Source: Spirochaetia bacterium (lineage in GTDB: Bacteria > Spirochaetota > Spirochaetia > UBA9216). Taken from it: a stretch of 64,000 nt of DNA. The translations under genes were made by a program, and so were the position numbers. The stretch is taken from contig OZ223264.1 of assembly GCA_965140585.1 (NCBI GenBank), positions 236,829 through 300,828 on the forward strand, read 5' to 3'. The number at the start of each line of letters is the position of its first letter. The first letter of the stretch is position 1. This document shows, piece after piece, positions 17,038 to 26,348 of the stretch. The notes beneath the pieces are model-generated. The model was not told where the DNA came from. It saw nothing but the letters and a program-made list of their open reading frames with translations, and made no database searches.

Positions 17038-17799
17038 ATGCAACTGAGTCAATCTCAAGGGCAATATTACTACAATGCCAGATGGTATGACCCAAGCATA
17101 GGCCGAATCACCACCGAAGACCCCATGCGTGACGGCCTAAACTGGTACGCTTATGCTAATAATAATCCGTTGAAGTTTGTTGACCCGAGCGGGTTGGCTA
17201 ACTTGACATCATATACACCTGATAATCCCTATTACTATTATAGCTCCTCAAAAGTGACTGATACGGTTATTAAATCATTATCGCTTATTCCTTATATAGG
17301 TGTAGGTGCAGGAATTGCAGAGTCCATCTCAAACAAATTTGGTTTATTTGAGATTATTGATTTAAATAAACAAAGCCAAATTGATAAAGCCTCTGGAGGA
17401 TTATCGTCTGCTGGAACTGTAGCAGGAATTATGAATAAATTGGGGGAAGGTTTTTTTAGTAATGGTTTTTCAAAAGTTTTAGGCGTTTTATCCACAATCG
17501 GAACAATAGTGGGACTTGCAGATTATGCTAATAGTTTCTTATCAGAACCCTCATTAGAAACGGAGAAAGCAGTAGATGCCTCAGGGGTCGTTCAGGGGAA
17601 ACATTTAGACACATTAATCCCATTTGCAAAAGAAGTAGAAGAATTAATGTCTGGATATTTAGATAGTGGCGATGTTGAAATAATTGAACGAGATGATGGT
17701 ACTGACACATTGCAATGGAATTCGCAGGCATCTAAAGATGCATTCAATTCAGTTGTAGAAGATTATCAACGAAATGAAGTGGAAAGAACCGATGAATAA
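17038..17799 (+). CDS. Orphan Rhs/YD-repeat C-terminal toxin fragment (core-end DPxGL plus Gly-zipper membrane-type toxin domain)
   Basis: YYYNARWYDPSIGRITTEDPMRDGLNWYAYANNNPLKFVDPSGL is the canonical end of the Rhs core. Only 12 residues precede it. The C-terminal domain is rich in GxxxG/AxxxG segments (IPYIGVGAGIAESI, GGLSSAGTVAGIMNKLGEG, VLGVLSTIGTIVGLA). Confidence 0.7.
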   Translation: MQLSQSQGQYYYNARWYDPSIGRITTEDPMRDGLNWYAYANNNPLKFVDPSGLANLTSYTPDNPYYYYSSSKVTDTVIKSLSLIPYIGVGAGIAESISNKFGLFEIIDLNKQSQIDKASGGLSSAGTVAGIMNKLGEGFFSNGFSKVLGVLSTIGTIVGLADYANSFLSEPSLETEKAVDASGVVQGKHLDTLIPFAKEVEELMSGYLDSGDVEIIERDDGTDTLQWNSQASKDAFNSVVEDYQRNEVERTDE

Positions 17800-17965
17800 T
17801 ATAATTATTCTATTTACAGTATTAGCTGTATTATTCTCTAATTTTAGTATTTGGTTATATTCGAAACAAGCAAAATTTTCGAAGATTATTAAGATTATTT
17901 TGTTTATAGTAGCAGATGGTATTTGGGCTACTTTGTTTGTAATAAAGATAATAGAAATTTTATAA
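17774..17965 (+). CDS. Small two-TM membrane protein, candidate immunity protein
   Basis: 63 aa. Overlaps the 3' end of the toxin ORF. Two hydrophobic helices. Confidence 0.4.
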   Translation: MKWKEPMNNIIILFTVLAVLFSNFSIWLYSKQAKFSKIIKIILFIVADGIWATLFVIKIIEIL

Positions 17966-18000
17966 TTCTATATAAAGACGTTTTAAACAATTATATATGA

Positions 18001-18240
18001 TTCCATTGGAAGTAGTCCCGGAGAACCCGGACTACTCAACAGAGTCTATTCCGATAAATAGAGTTTGTTCGAAATTTCGGAAATGATTCATCGTCCTACC
18101 AATTTCGTCTAACGCGCGTTAGACGAACCCTTTAGGGCGGTGAGGGGAACTGCAGAAGCTCCGCTTCCGTCGGCAGATTTTGTAACAACGGGCTGTTGTA
18201 CGAAGTCTGCCGGTTAACTATATAAACCACCTTACAGTTT
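18001..18240. other. GC-rich non-coding stretch with three strong hairpins
   Basis: Includes the hairpin 18012-18035, the 24-bp perfect palindrome TTCGTCTAACGCGCGTTAGACGAA (18104-18127) and an inverted repeat CGGCAGATT...AAGTCTGCCGG (18171-18213). No ORF. Confidence 0.5.
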
Positions 18241-18341
18241 TAAGAATATTACACAATCCATTCCCCTCTAACGGATTAAACTTCAGACAAACAATAGTGT
18301 ACTGAAATACCCATATATAATATTATGAAATAAGAGTTCCA

Positions 18342-18770
18342 ATTAATGTATTAATTGAGGGAAACCTGGTCAGAGATCCGGTTTTAAATGAAACCCCAAA
18401 GGGGACTAAAATATGCAATTTCACAATTGCAACCAACAGATACTTTAAGCAGGATGAGGAATATCAAAAAGAAGTTTCCTTCATCGATGTGGAAGCCTGG
18501 TCCAGACTTGGGGTTGTTTGTGATAATGGACTTCAAAAGGGACAGGGGGCCAGAGTTGTAGGTCGTCTGAAACAGGACAGGTGGAATGATAAGGAGGGCG
18601 CTTTTAAATCAAGACTGAAGATTGTTGCTGAACATGTGGAATTTAAGCCTGTATTCTCGAAGGAAGAGGCCCAGGCTCGTCAGGAGGCTGAGCAGGTAGA
18701 TCTATCCCAGGAGGCCGTTGCGAATGTCGTAACGCCGGAACTGGACCCTGTCGCGGATTCAGTGATTTAA
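18342..18770 (+). CDS. ssb: Single-stranded DNA-binding protein
   Basis: INVLIEGNLVRDPVLNETPKGTKICNFTIATNRY...VEAWSRLG...VVGRLKQDRWNDKEG aligns to the SSB OB-fold. There is no in-frame ATG/GTG/TTG before 18489; ATT at 18342 after AAGAG is the best candidate start. Confidence 0.7.
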   Translation: MNVLIEGNLVRDPVLNETPKGTKICNFTIATNRYFKQDEEYQKEVSFIDVEAWSRLGVVCDNGLQKGQGARVVGRLKQDRWNDKEGAFKSRLKIVAEHVEFKPVFSKEEAQARQEAEQVDLSQEAVANVVTPELDPVADSVI

Positions 18771-18790
18771 ATATTTTAATATGTGATGCG

Positions 18791-18832
18791 GCGGAAGCCC
18801 GGAATATCCCGGCTTCCGCTTACCCTTTTTTT
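18791..18832 (+). terminator. Rho-independent terminator after ssb
   Basis: GCGGAAGCCCGG-AATAT-CCCGGCTTCCGC followed by a T-run. Confidence 0.6.
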
Positions 18833-18879
18833 CAAAAATACCGGTGGAAATATAGGCTTCAGCAGGGCATAATCAGTTT

Positions 18880-19824
18880 ATGATGCGTGAAGATTTGCAG
18901 GAAATAATGAATAAAGTTGATCTGTTTTATAAAAACGGCAGGAGCCGTGATGCTGAACCGCTTCTGCAAAAAAGTGCAGAGGATTTTGAACAAAAGTATG
19001 GCAGGAATGAAGGCTATGCTGCTATAGTGAGCGAACTTGGAGCCCTGTACAGGGAATTAAGTGATTACAGCAGGGCGGAATACTGTTTTTCAGAGGCCGG
19101 AGAAACGTTGAAAAGCTGTGCGGGTGAAAATAATCTGGAATATGCCACTATTATTAATAATACTGCCGGGCTTTACCGGCTCATGGGGAGACATGATGAA
19201 GCTGAAGATCTTTTCCGGCAGACTATCAGTCTGTATGAGAAAACAATAGGCCGGGATCATTACCTGTATGCCAGCAGTCTTAATAATCTTGGCCTTCTGT
19301 ACCAAGATATGAAACGTTTTGATGAGGCTGTGATTCTGCATGAGGAAGCTCTTGAGATAATCAGGAGGCATGAGGAACACAGAATTGCGTATGCAACAAG
19401 TCTTAACAACCTGTCCGGTGTGTACAGGCAGCTGAACAGACTTAAAGAGGCTGAAACTTCTGTTGTCGAAGCATTGCAGTGCTGCCGCAGTATTCTTGGT
19501 CCGGAACATCCGCTATATGCTGCAGGTCTTAATACTTATGCCGCCCTTTATTTTGAATTAAATAATTTTAAAAAGGCGGAAGAGTGCTACATAGAGGCTG
19601 CAGGAATCTGCCGCAGACATTACGGAAAAGAGCAGTATGAATATCTTTCAGTTGTAGAAAACCTGTGCAGGCTGTATGAGAGAACCGGAGATGATGAGAA
19701 AGCTCTGCCTTTGCTGCAGGAGCTTGTTTCCGGGTATGGAAAGATATTAGGTGGGGAACACAGGAAAACCCGGGCTGCTGCTGCAGCTCTGGCAGCGCTT
19801 GAAAAAGAGTCTGAAACAAAATAA
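18880..19824 (+). CDS. Tetratricopeptide (TPR) repeat protein
   Basis: Repeated LNNLGLLYQDMKRFDEA-type TPR units. Confidence 0.8.
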   Translation: MMREDLQEIMNKVDLFYKNGRSRDAEPLLQKSAEDFEQKYGRNEGYAAIVSELGALYRELSDYSRAEYCFSEAGETLKSCAGENNLEYATIINNTAGLYRLMGRHDEAEDLFRQTISLYEKTIGRDHYLYASSLNNLGLLYQDMKRFDEAVILHEEALEIIRRHEEHRIAYATSLNNLSGVYRQLNRLKEAETSVVEALQCCRSILGPEHPLYAAGLNTYAALYFELNNFKKAEECYIEAAGICRRHYGKEQYEYLSVVENLCRLYERTGDDEKALPLLQELVSGYGKILGGEHRKTRAAAAALAALEKESETK

Positions 19825-20044
19825 TCCTGCGGGGAAAAACTCCCCGAAAAACTACAGCGGGGAAATTTTCCCCATGTTTGAACTCCAGCTTTATAAAATT
19901 GTTATCAAATCTCATGAAATTAAGGTGTTTTAGAGCAAAAATTCCCTTTTTTTGCTGAAATCATTTAATTAAACAGTCTATATAATTTTTTTCTTGGCAC
20001 GCTAATAGCTTTAATGCATATAACCAAGATTAAAGGAGTATGCT

Positions 20045-20644
20045 ATGAAAAAGGCATTAGTGGTTTTAATTATGTTAAGTGTGGCTGCAGGTGTTTTTGC
20101 AACCGGAGCACAGGAGGCTGATGAGGATGGAATTGTCAGACTCGACCCCAGGGATGTCGCCAGAAACAGTGTGCTGGACGACTATGAAAAAGTTTCAGTA
20201 AAGGGCACAATAAAGTTTGAGAGTGTGGTGCCTGAACTGTCTGCCGGGGGAAAGGAATATGCTCTTACCGCACCCGGAGCGAATATGCTTGCATCTTATC
20301 TTACAGAAGGTCAGAAGGTAACAGTCAACGGTTATATTGTTGATGAAGATTCCTTTTACGGTCCGCGCGGGATGGGGCCTGGAATGATGAATTTTTTAAA
20401 CCCGGAAGCTTTGAACAACGACATAACACTGTTGGTTGAGTCTGTCGAGATTGATGGACAGCTTTACATGCTGCCATGGGTTGAAGATGGTTTCGGAACA
20501 ATGATGCAGGGAAGAAACTTTTCAGATGATTCCAGATTTGGAAATATGCGCGGCGGAACCAGTTCCAGAGGCGGTTTCTCAAGAAACAACAGCGGTTCAT
20601 ATAACCGACCGTACATGAACTCTGATTTCTGCCCCGTTTACTGA
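20045..20644 (+). CDS. Secreted hypothetical protein
   Basis: Signal peptide MKKALVVLIMLSVAAGVFATGAQEA. RBS AAAGGAG upstream. Confidence 0.5.
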   Translation: MKKALVVLIMLSVAAGVFATGAQEADEDGIVRLDPRDVARNSVLDDYEKVSVKGTIKFESVVPELSAGGKEYALTAPGANMLASYLTEGQKVTVNGYIVDEDSFYGPRGMGPGMMNFLNPEALNNDITLLVESVEIDGQLYMLPWVEDGFGTMMQGRNFSDDSRFGNMRGGTSSRGGFSRNNSGSYNRPYMNSDFCPVY

Positions 20645-20662
20645 TTAAATAGGAAAATCTGA

Positions 20663-20698
20663 AGAAAGCCGGCAATTAGAATTGCTGGCTTTCTTTTA
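20663..20698 (+). terminator. Rho-independent terminator
   Basis: AAAGCCGGCAATT...AATTGCTGGCTTT stem followed by a T-run. Confidence 0.6.
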
Positions 20699-20712
20699 TC
20701 CTTTATAGTATT

Positions 20713-22068
20713 GTGATAATAATGATGAACCGAAAGGGTCTAATTGCCATACCTTTTACCGCGCTTATCCTGCTTTTTACTGTTCTTATATTTCTTCTTA
20801 TCGATCAGAAACAGAACAGTAATGCTATTATGCTCGAGTACCGGGCCTCAAGAACAATAAACCTGCTGATTGATTTATATTTTCAGGAAGATATGCCCAG
20901 TCCGGATGAGATCGACAGTGATATCATCGGTTTTGGATTATATGGAATTGATGGAAAGCTGCTCTACCATTATGGAACCGCGCCTCAGGATTTTACAGAT
21001 CTGAACCGGCATGCCGATGTCTACCTCAAAGATTATCTTCCGGCACCCCAGCTTAGAAATATTGATCTTCAGGGCGGTAGGGTTCTGTTTAATGGCAATG
21101 AAAGTATTGCTGTGATCAGACCCCTGATTGGAGATCAGACAAACATGCCTATGGGTTCGATGATGCAGCAGATGCCTCCAGCCATAACTGAGCGTGCCCG
21201 TGAGTTTCGCCGTCAGGGCGGTGGCATGCCTCAAATGGGAATGAATTCCCAGTTCAGAACTGCGGGTGCGGGAGTGTATCTCGAATACCGTAACGGAGCC
21301 TATTTAAAGCAGCGGAATCTTAATATAGCAATTGTCTCGTTGTCTCTTGCTGTTTTTGCAGTATCGGTGCTTTTAATTATTTCGTTATACCTTAAAAATA
21401 GAAAACTGGAACTTAAATCGGAAAAGGACCGGCAGCTCATTCAGCTTGGTGAGGCTGCCAGAGTTCTTGCTCATGAAATCAGGAATCCGCTGGGAGTACT
21501 GAAGATACAGCGGGATCTGCTTGTAAAAAAGCTGGGTGAGGGCTACTCGGGAAATCTCGATGTGATAGACCGTGAACTGAAGCGGCTTAACACTCTGGTG
21601 GAGAAAGTCGGTGACTTTCTGAGAAATCCTGCAGGTACAGGGGCTGATATTGATGTTGGAAGCTATCTGAACGGTTTATACGGTGACAGGGACAGCATCA
21701 ATCTGAATGGAATAAACCCCGGAGAATGTTTTATAAGTTTCGATCCTGAACGCTTAAGAACGGTGTTTGACAATGTAATTAACAACGCTGTAGAAAGCGG
21801 GGGAACAGCTGAACTTGATATTTTTTCTTCCGCCGATTCCGTTGCTGTTGAAATAAAAGATTACGGACGCGGATTTTCTTCTGATAATCTGTCGATGGTT
21901 TTTGAACCTTTTTTTACAACCAAGACCAGCGGAATGGGGCTTGGACTTTCTGTTGTTAAGAAGTTTATGGAAGCTTCAGGAGGCCGGGTTATGATTGGTA
22001 ATCATGAAGCAGGCGGATATGTGCGGCTTGAATTCCGCAGGGGACATGGTCCGGGGAGTACAGGATGA
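20713..22068 (+). CDS. Sensor histidine kinase (NtrB/AtoS-like, two TM)
   Basis: H-box LAHEIRNPLGVL. G boxes DYGRGF and GMGLGLSVVKKF. Confidence 0.85.
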   Translation: MIIMMNRKGLIAIPFTALILLFTVLIFLLIDQKQNSNAIMLEYRASRTINLLIDLYFQEDMPSPDEIDSDIIGFGLYGIDGKLLYHYGTAPQDFTDLNRHADVYLKDYLPAPQLRNIDLQGGRVLFNGNESIAVIRPLIGDQTNMPMGSMMQQMPPAITERAREFRRQGGGMPQMGMNSQFRTAGAGVYLEYRNGAYLKQRNLNIAIVSLSLAVFAVSVLLIISLYLKNRKLELKSEKDRQLIQLGEAARVLAHEIRNPLGVLKIQRDLLVKKLGEGYSGNLDVIDRELKRLNTLVEKVGDFLRNPAGTGADIDVGSYLNGLYGDRDSINLNGINPGECFISFDPERLRTVFDNVINNAVESGGTAELDIFSSADSVAVEIKDYGRGFSSDNLSMVFEPFFTTKTSGMGLGLSVVKKFMEASGGRVMIGNHEAGGYVRLEFRRGHGPGSTG

Positions 22069-23378
22069 GGGTTCTTGTTGCTGATGATGAAAAGGGGTTC
22101 AGGGAATCCATTGCCGAATACCTTGAACTTGAAGATATTGAGGTGGATGTAGCTGAAAACGGACTCTCTGCAATCAGACGGCTTGAAGATGAAGAATTCG
22201 ATACTGTTGTTCTTGACTTGAAGATGCCCGGAGCAGATGGGCTGGAAGTCCTGAAATGGATGAAGGAGAATACTCCTGGTATACCGGCGCTGATGATATC
22301 AGCATTCGGTGAGGTTTCCGATGCTGTAGCCGCAATCAAGCTTGGTGCTGAAGACTATCTGGTAAAGCCCTTTGAAACTGAAGAACTGCTACTCAAAATA
22401 CGAAAAGCCGGTGAAAAACGCAAGCTTCAGAGAGAAGTAGAATATCTGAGGAGTACCGGTGCCGTAAGGTTTAATCTGAAAAGCGGGAGTCCGGCTATGA
22501 AGCCGGTAATGGAGCTTGTTCATAAGGCGGCACCCTCTCCGGCAAATATCCTTATTACCGGTGAAAGCGGTACAGGAAAAGAGGTTTTTGCCAGATACAT
22601 ACACAGCCTTTCCGGCCGGTCTTCTCAGCCCTTTGTTGCTGTTAATGTGGGAGGTGTTCCCGAAAGTCTTCTTGAGAGTGAGCTTTTCGGTTATGAGAAA
22701 GGAGCTTTTACCGGCGCGGACAGGATGAAAAGCGGACTATTTGAGACAGCATCAGGCGGAACTCTTTTTCTTGATGAAATAGGCGATATGCCCCTCCATT
22801 TGCAGGTAAAGCTGCTTCGGGCCATTCAGGAAAGAAAGATCCAGAGGCTGGGTGCTGTAAGGCAGATAAATCTTGATGTGCGTATAATTGCAGCTACAAA
22901 TCGGGATCTTGAAAAATCTGTACAGGAAGGCCTTTTCCGTGAAGATCTTTTTTACAGGCTGAATGTTGTGCGTGTTCATCTGCCGCCTTTGAGAGAAAGA
23001 AAAGAGGATATTCCTGTTTTATGCGCCGGGTTTCTTAAGAATATCAATCATAAGATGGGCCGCAGTATTGAAGGACTTTCATCGGAGGCTATTGAGCTTT
23101 TAAATTCCTACCGTTTTCCGGGTAATATCAGGGAGCTTGAGAATATGCTGGAAAGGGCGGTTATTCTTGCCGGCGGAACTGAACTGACACCGGAGGACTT
23201 CAGTATTGCACCTTCGTCTGTGAAACATAAAGCTCAGGGGACTTTGAAAGATATAGAACGTCTGGCAATAATTGATTCACTTGCCAGATGGGAAGGCAGA
23301 AAAACCAGAGTCGCAGAAGAACTTGGTATCGATCGAAAGACTCTTTTCAATAAGATAAAAGAATACGGTCTGGAATAA
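22065..23378 (+). CDS. Sigma-54-dependent response regulator (NtrC family)
   Basis: REC domain (VLVADDE...D...K), AAA+ domain (GESGTGKEVFARYIH), GAFTGA motif, C-terminal Fis-type HTH. ATGA overlap with the kinase gene. Confidence 0.9.
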   Translation: MRVLVADDEKGFRESIAEYLELEDIEVDVAENGLSAIRRLEDEEFDTVVLDLKMPGADGLEVLKWMKENTPGIPALMISAFGEVSDAVAAIKLGAEDYLVKPFETEELLLKIRKAGEKRKLQREVEYLRSTGAVRFNLKSGSPAMKPVMELVHKAAPSPANILITGESGTGKEVFARYIHSLSGRSSQPFVAVNVGGVPESLLESELFGYEKGAFTGADRMKSGLFETASGGTLFLDEIGDMPLHLQVKLLRAIQERKIQRLGAVRQINLDVRIIAATNRDLEKSVQEGLFREDLFYRLNVVRVHLPPLRERKEDIPVLCAGFLKNINHKMGRSIEGLSSEAIELLNSYRFPGNIRELENMLERAVILAGGTELTPEDFSIAPSSVKHKAQGTLKDIERLAIIDSLARWEGRKTRVAEELGIDRKTLFNKIKEYGLE

Positions 23379-23445
23379 AAACAAAATTTGGATTACAGCC
23401 TCAGCTTTATTATTATATAATCATACATATATAGGAGATTCGTAA

Positions 23446-24789
23446 ATGAAGTATGTAATAATCGGTGGTGATGCTGCAGGTATGAGTGCCGCATCAAGAC
23501 TTAAAAGAAGAGAACCTGAATCCGAGGTTATTGTTTTCGAAAAGACGATGGATGTTTCGTACAGTGCCTGCGGAATGCCGTATAATATAGCAAAACCGGA
23601 AGCTGCAATTGAAAGGCTGGTTGTGAGATCTGCTGAGGCTTTCAGAGACTCGCAGGGAATAGATCTCAGAACCGGTCATGAAGTTACGGCTATCAACCGG
23701 AAAGATAAGATTGTATCGGGGAAAAACCATGAATCAGGAGATTTTGAATGCAGCTATGACAAACTGCTGATTGCAACCGGAGCAAGGGCTGCAATGCTTC
23801 CTGTTGAAGGTATAGATCTTGAAGGAGTCTTCAAACTTAAAACCCTTCAGGATGCAAGGGATATTAAATCTTATCTTGCGGACGTTGAGGTTAAGACAGC
23901 CGTTCTTATAGGAATGGGGTATATAGCTCTTGAGATGGCAGAAGCTCTGCATGCACGAGGTATAAAGGTTGTTATGGTTAAACGCCGCGAGGGCCTGCTT
24001 CCCTGGATGCTCCCTGAACTTTCGGATGTATTAAGAAAATCGCTTACAGAAAAGGGCGTCGAGCTTAATGACGGATATCCTGTTGAAAAAATAAGCGGGG
24101 AGCGCGGCCGTCTGACAGTTCATGCAGGGGGAAAGTCTTTCAGCGGTGAGATGGTTCTTGTCGCGATCGGAGTGGTTCCTGAGGCCGAACTTGCGAAGGC
24201 TGCCGGTTTGGAACTTGGAGCAGAAGGTGCTGTTTCAATCAATAAGAATATGCAGACCTCGGATCCTGATATTTATTCTGCCGGAGACTGTGCAGACTGT
24301 CTCAGCATTGTAACAGGAAAGAAGATCTGGCTTCCTCTTGCACTTACTGCAAACAGGGGTGGACGTCTTGCTGCCGACAATATAATGGGAGAGGATGCTC
24401 CTTTTAACGGAATTGCAGGCACTGCGGTTTTTAAGGTCTTTGACTACGAGGTGGCAAAAACCGGAATTACTGTGGAGCAGGCGAAGGCTGCCGGTTATGA
24501 TCCGGTTTATAAAGCAATTGTAGCAAAATCAAAGGCTCATGTTTTTGAAGGTGCGGCTGCGATTCATGTGGCTGTGATTGCCGATAAAGCCAGCGGTAAG
24601 ATGCTTGGGGCTCAGATGACCGGAACTGATGGTGTAGCCAGACGTATAAACGCTGCTGCTGTTGCGGTGCAGGCGGGCCTTTCGGTCGCTGAATTTTATG
24701 AATCAGACCTTGCCTATGCTCCCCCTTTCAGCCCGGTATGGGATCCGCTGCTTACCGCAGCAAGTATGCTGCTCAAGAAAAAAGGTTAA
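23446..24789 (+). CDS. FAD-dependent NADH oxidase / CoA-disulfide reductase family protein
   Basis: IIGGDAAGMSAA FAD-binding fold. Redox-active SYSACGMPY motif. Confidence 0.8.
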   Translation: MKYVIIGGDAAGMSAASRLKRREPESEVIVFEKTMDVSYSACGMPYNIAKPEAAIERLVVRSAEAFRDSQGIDLRTGHEVTAINRKDKIVSGKNHESGDFECSYDKLLIATGARAAMLPVEGIDLEGVFKLKTLQDARDIKSYLADVEVKTAVLIGMGYIALEMAEALHARGIKVVMVKRREGLLPWMLPELSDVLRKSLTEKGVELNDGYPVEKISGERGRLTVHAGGKSFSGEMVLVAIGVVPEAELAKAAGLELGAEGAVSINKNMQTSDPDIYSAGDCADCLSIVTGKKIWLPLALTANRGGRLAADNIMGEDAPFNGIAGTAVFKVFDYEVAKTGITVEQAKAAGYDPVYKAIVAKSKAHVFEGAAAIHVAVIADKASGKMLGAQMTGTDGVARRINAAAVAVQAGLSVAEFYESDLAYAPPFSPVWDPLLTAASMLLKKKG

Positions 24790-24795
24790 AAACTA

Positions 24796-26301
24796 TTAAA
24801 TGTTGAAGAACAGCGTTACCGATGTTTCATCCAGGAACAGCTGTCCCTGGAGCTGGTCGGTTAATGCTGTAATGATAATGCCGGATTGATCATCCTCGAT
24901 GATCTTCCGGCAGTGATTGAGAATGTTTCTTGACGTGCGGATTTTCAACTGGGCAATATTATCATTAAGTAAAAATGTTGTGGATACCGGGCTTGTTTCG
25001 CAGCTTAGTTCGTTCTGAATCTTGAGAATTATGGTCAGCAGTTCATTTATCAGCATCGAAACGGCAATGGCCACATCTGTATCGAGGTATATATAATCAC
25101 AGTGTACCTCTATCTTTTGTGCCCAGGGATTTGCTGAATAAGAACTTGTTAAGTGTTTGATAATATCATCCAGATATGTCTGCATCTTTATCTTGTTTTT
25201 ACTGTCGATTTTAACCATATTCTGATAAACCAGTGACAGTGTGTAGATCTGAATCTGTATTTCATTCATTACAGAGGCAGCCGTTGCATCCTCTGTTGAT
25301 CCCTGTTTGAGCGAAATAAGACTTGAGAGCATCTGCAGCTTGTTGTTTATCAGATGCTGTACTTCCTGATGTGCCAGAGCCTTCTCTTCTTCTATGTTGT
25401 CTCCTGATGGTTCAAGGCAGTTCTCTTTATTCTTTACAGTGTTTCTTTCTCTGATTATCCCCGCTGATCCCAGATTCTCAAATCCCGAGTCATTATTCTC
25501 CCATGAATGTCCGACTGCCGCCAGTTCGCCGTAGGAGGTAAGAGATACCTCAATACCACCCCCAATAGGAGCCTTCCTTTTCAGTCTTATTTGAAGGTCC
25601 TTTGTCATCCTGGGGCCGGTTCTTCTTTCATCAAACAGCTTGGGGGCTCTGTCATGGCCGGTAACCCGTCCTCTGAGAATAGGGAGGACCATATCTCTTG
25701 ATACTTTTGAGACGTCATCAACAAAAAGGATTTCGGAGAAGTGCTTTCCTATCAGTTCCTGAGGCTCCCAGCCAAGGATCCTTACGGCATTATTTATGAA
25801 AGTAAAATTTCCTTCAGAATTAAGCACATATATAATATCGGGAAGGGCCTGTACTAGATGCATGTACTGCTTTTCGGTATTCTGAAGAAAGTAATTCTGC
25901 CGTTCAAGGCTTTCCCTGATGTTCAGTACCTTTTTAACCATGCTCATCAGGTAGCTGGTAAAGCCCGGTGATCCGTTTCTAAGTATGAAGGTACTCGATT
26001 CATCTGTTATAACGTCATCAACAGGAAACAGATCTTCGGAATCGATCATGAGGATAAATGGTGTCGGCCACAGGGTGAGCCAGTCTACGAGGCTTCCGTT
26101 CTGATAACTGTAATCAGTTATAATAAGGGCAATCGGATATGTTGTGGTCAGTTCATCGAGTTCTTTCAGGCTCCTGGGGGTGAAAATGCGGTAGGGGAGA
26201 TGGTTCTTCTCGATATATTCCCGTACTTCGTCCTGTTCTTTTTCAATTGAAGTGGCTAGTATCAGGTTCCTTTTCTGTTTTGTATCATCTATTTCAAGCA
26301 T
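24796..26301 (-). CDS. PAS-domain signalling protein with HisKA_2-like kinase core
   Basis: PAS segment (LVQALPDIIYVLNSEGNFTFINNAV). HQEVQHLINNKLQMLSSL resembles the HisKA_2 H-x-x-K-N-N-L-Q motif. Confidence 0.55.
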   Translation of the reverse strand: MLEIDDTKQKRNLILATSIEKEQDEVREYIEKNHLPYRIFTPRSLKELDELTTTYPIALIITDYSYQNGSLVDWLTLWPTPFILMIDSEDLFPVDDVITDESSTFILRNGSPGFTSYLMSMVKKVLNIRESLERQNYFLQNTEKQYMHLVQALPDIIYVLNSEGNFTFINNAVRILGWEPQELIGKHFSEILFVDDVSKVSRDMVLPILRGRVTGHDRAPKLFDERRTGPRMTKDLQIRLKRKAPIGGGIEVSLTSYGELAAVGHSWENNDSGFENLGSAGIIRERNTVKNKENCLEPSGDNIEEEKALAHQEVQHLINNKLQMLSSLISLKQGSTEDATAASVMNEIQIQIYTLSLVYQNMVKIDSKNKIKMQTYLDDIIKHLTSSYSANPWAQKIEVHCDYIYLDTDVAIAVSMLINELLTIILKIQNELSCETSPVSTTFLLNDNIAQLKIRTSRNILNHCRKIIEDDQSGIIITALTDQLQGQLFLDETSVTLFFNI

Positions 26302-26348
26302 TCTGCTTAAATTATCTACAATCAGGAACCCGATATCAATTTATTCAA

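Larger units (their letters stand above)
1..18300. other. AT-rich accessory island: prophage end, R-M system, defence/toxin cargo
   Basis: Visibly lower GC than the sequence after about 18.3 kb. Content is phage tail/lysis genes, R-M-Vsr, Abi, an Rhs orphan, and many ORFans. Confidence 0.6.

Noticed and set aside
16848-17090. ORF 16848-17090 as a real gene
   Set aside because: Its N-terminus is a degenerate copy of the lipoprotein start and it runs out of frame into the Rhs-CT ORF. Best explained as a remnant created by cassette insertion. Discussed under the repeat finding.
17966-18330. Possible tRNA/tmRNA at the island boundary (integration target)
   Set aside because: I found no GTTCRANYC T-loop, no CCA-adjacent acceptor pairing and no tmRNA tag-frame signature on either strand. 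The hairpins are too long and regular for a tRNA cloverleaf.
19751-19933. ORF 19751-19933 and antisense ORFs 19090-19915 over the TPR gene
   Set aside because: Overlap or antisense to a convincing TPR gene. GC-rich shadow frames.
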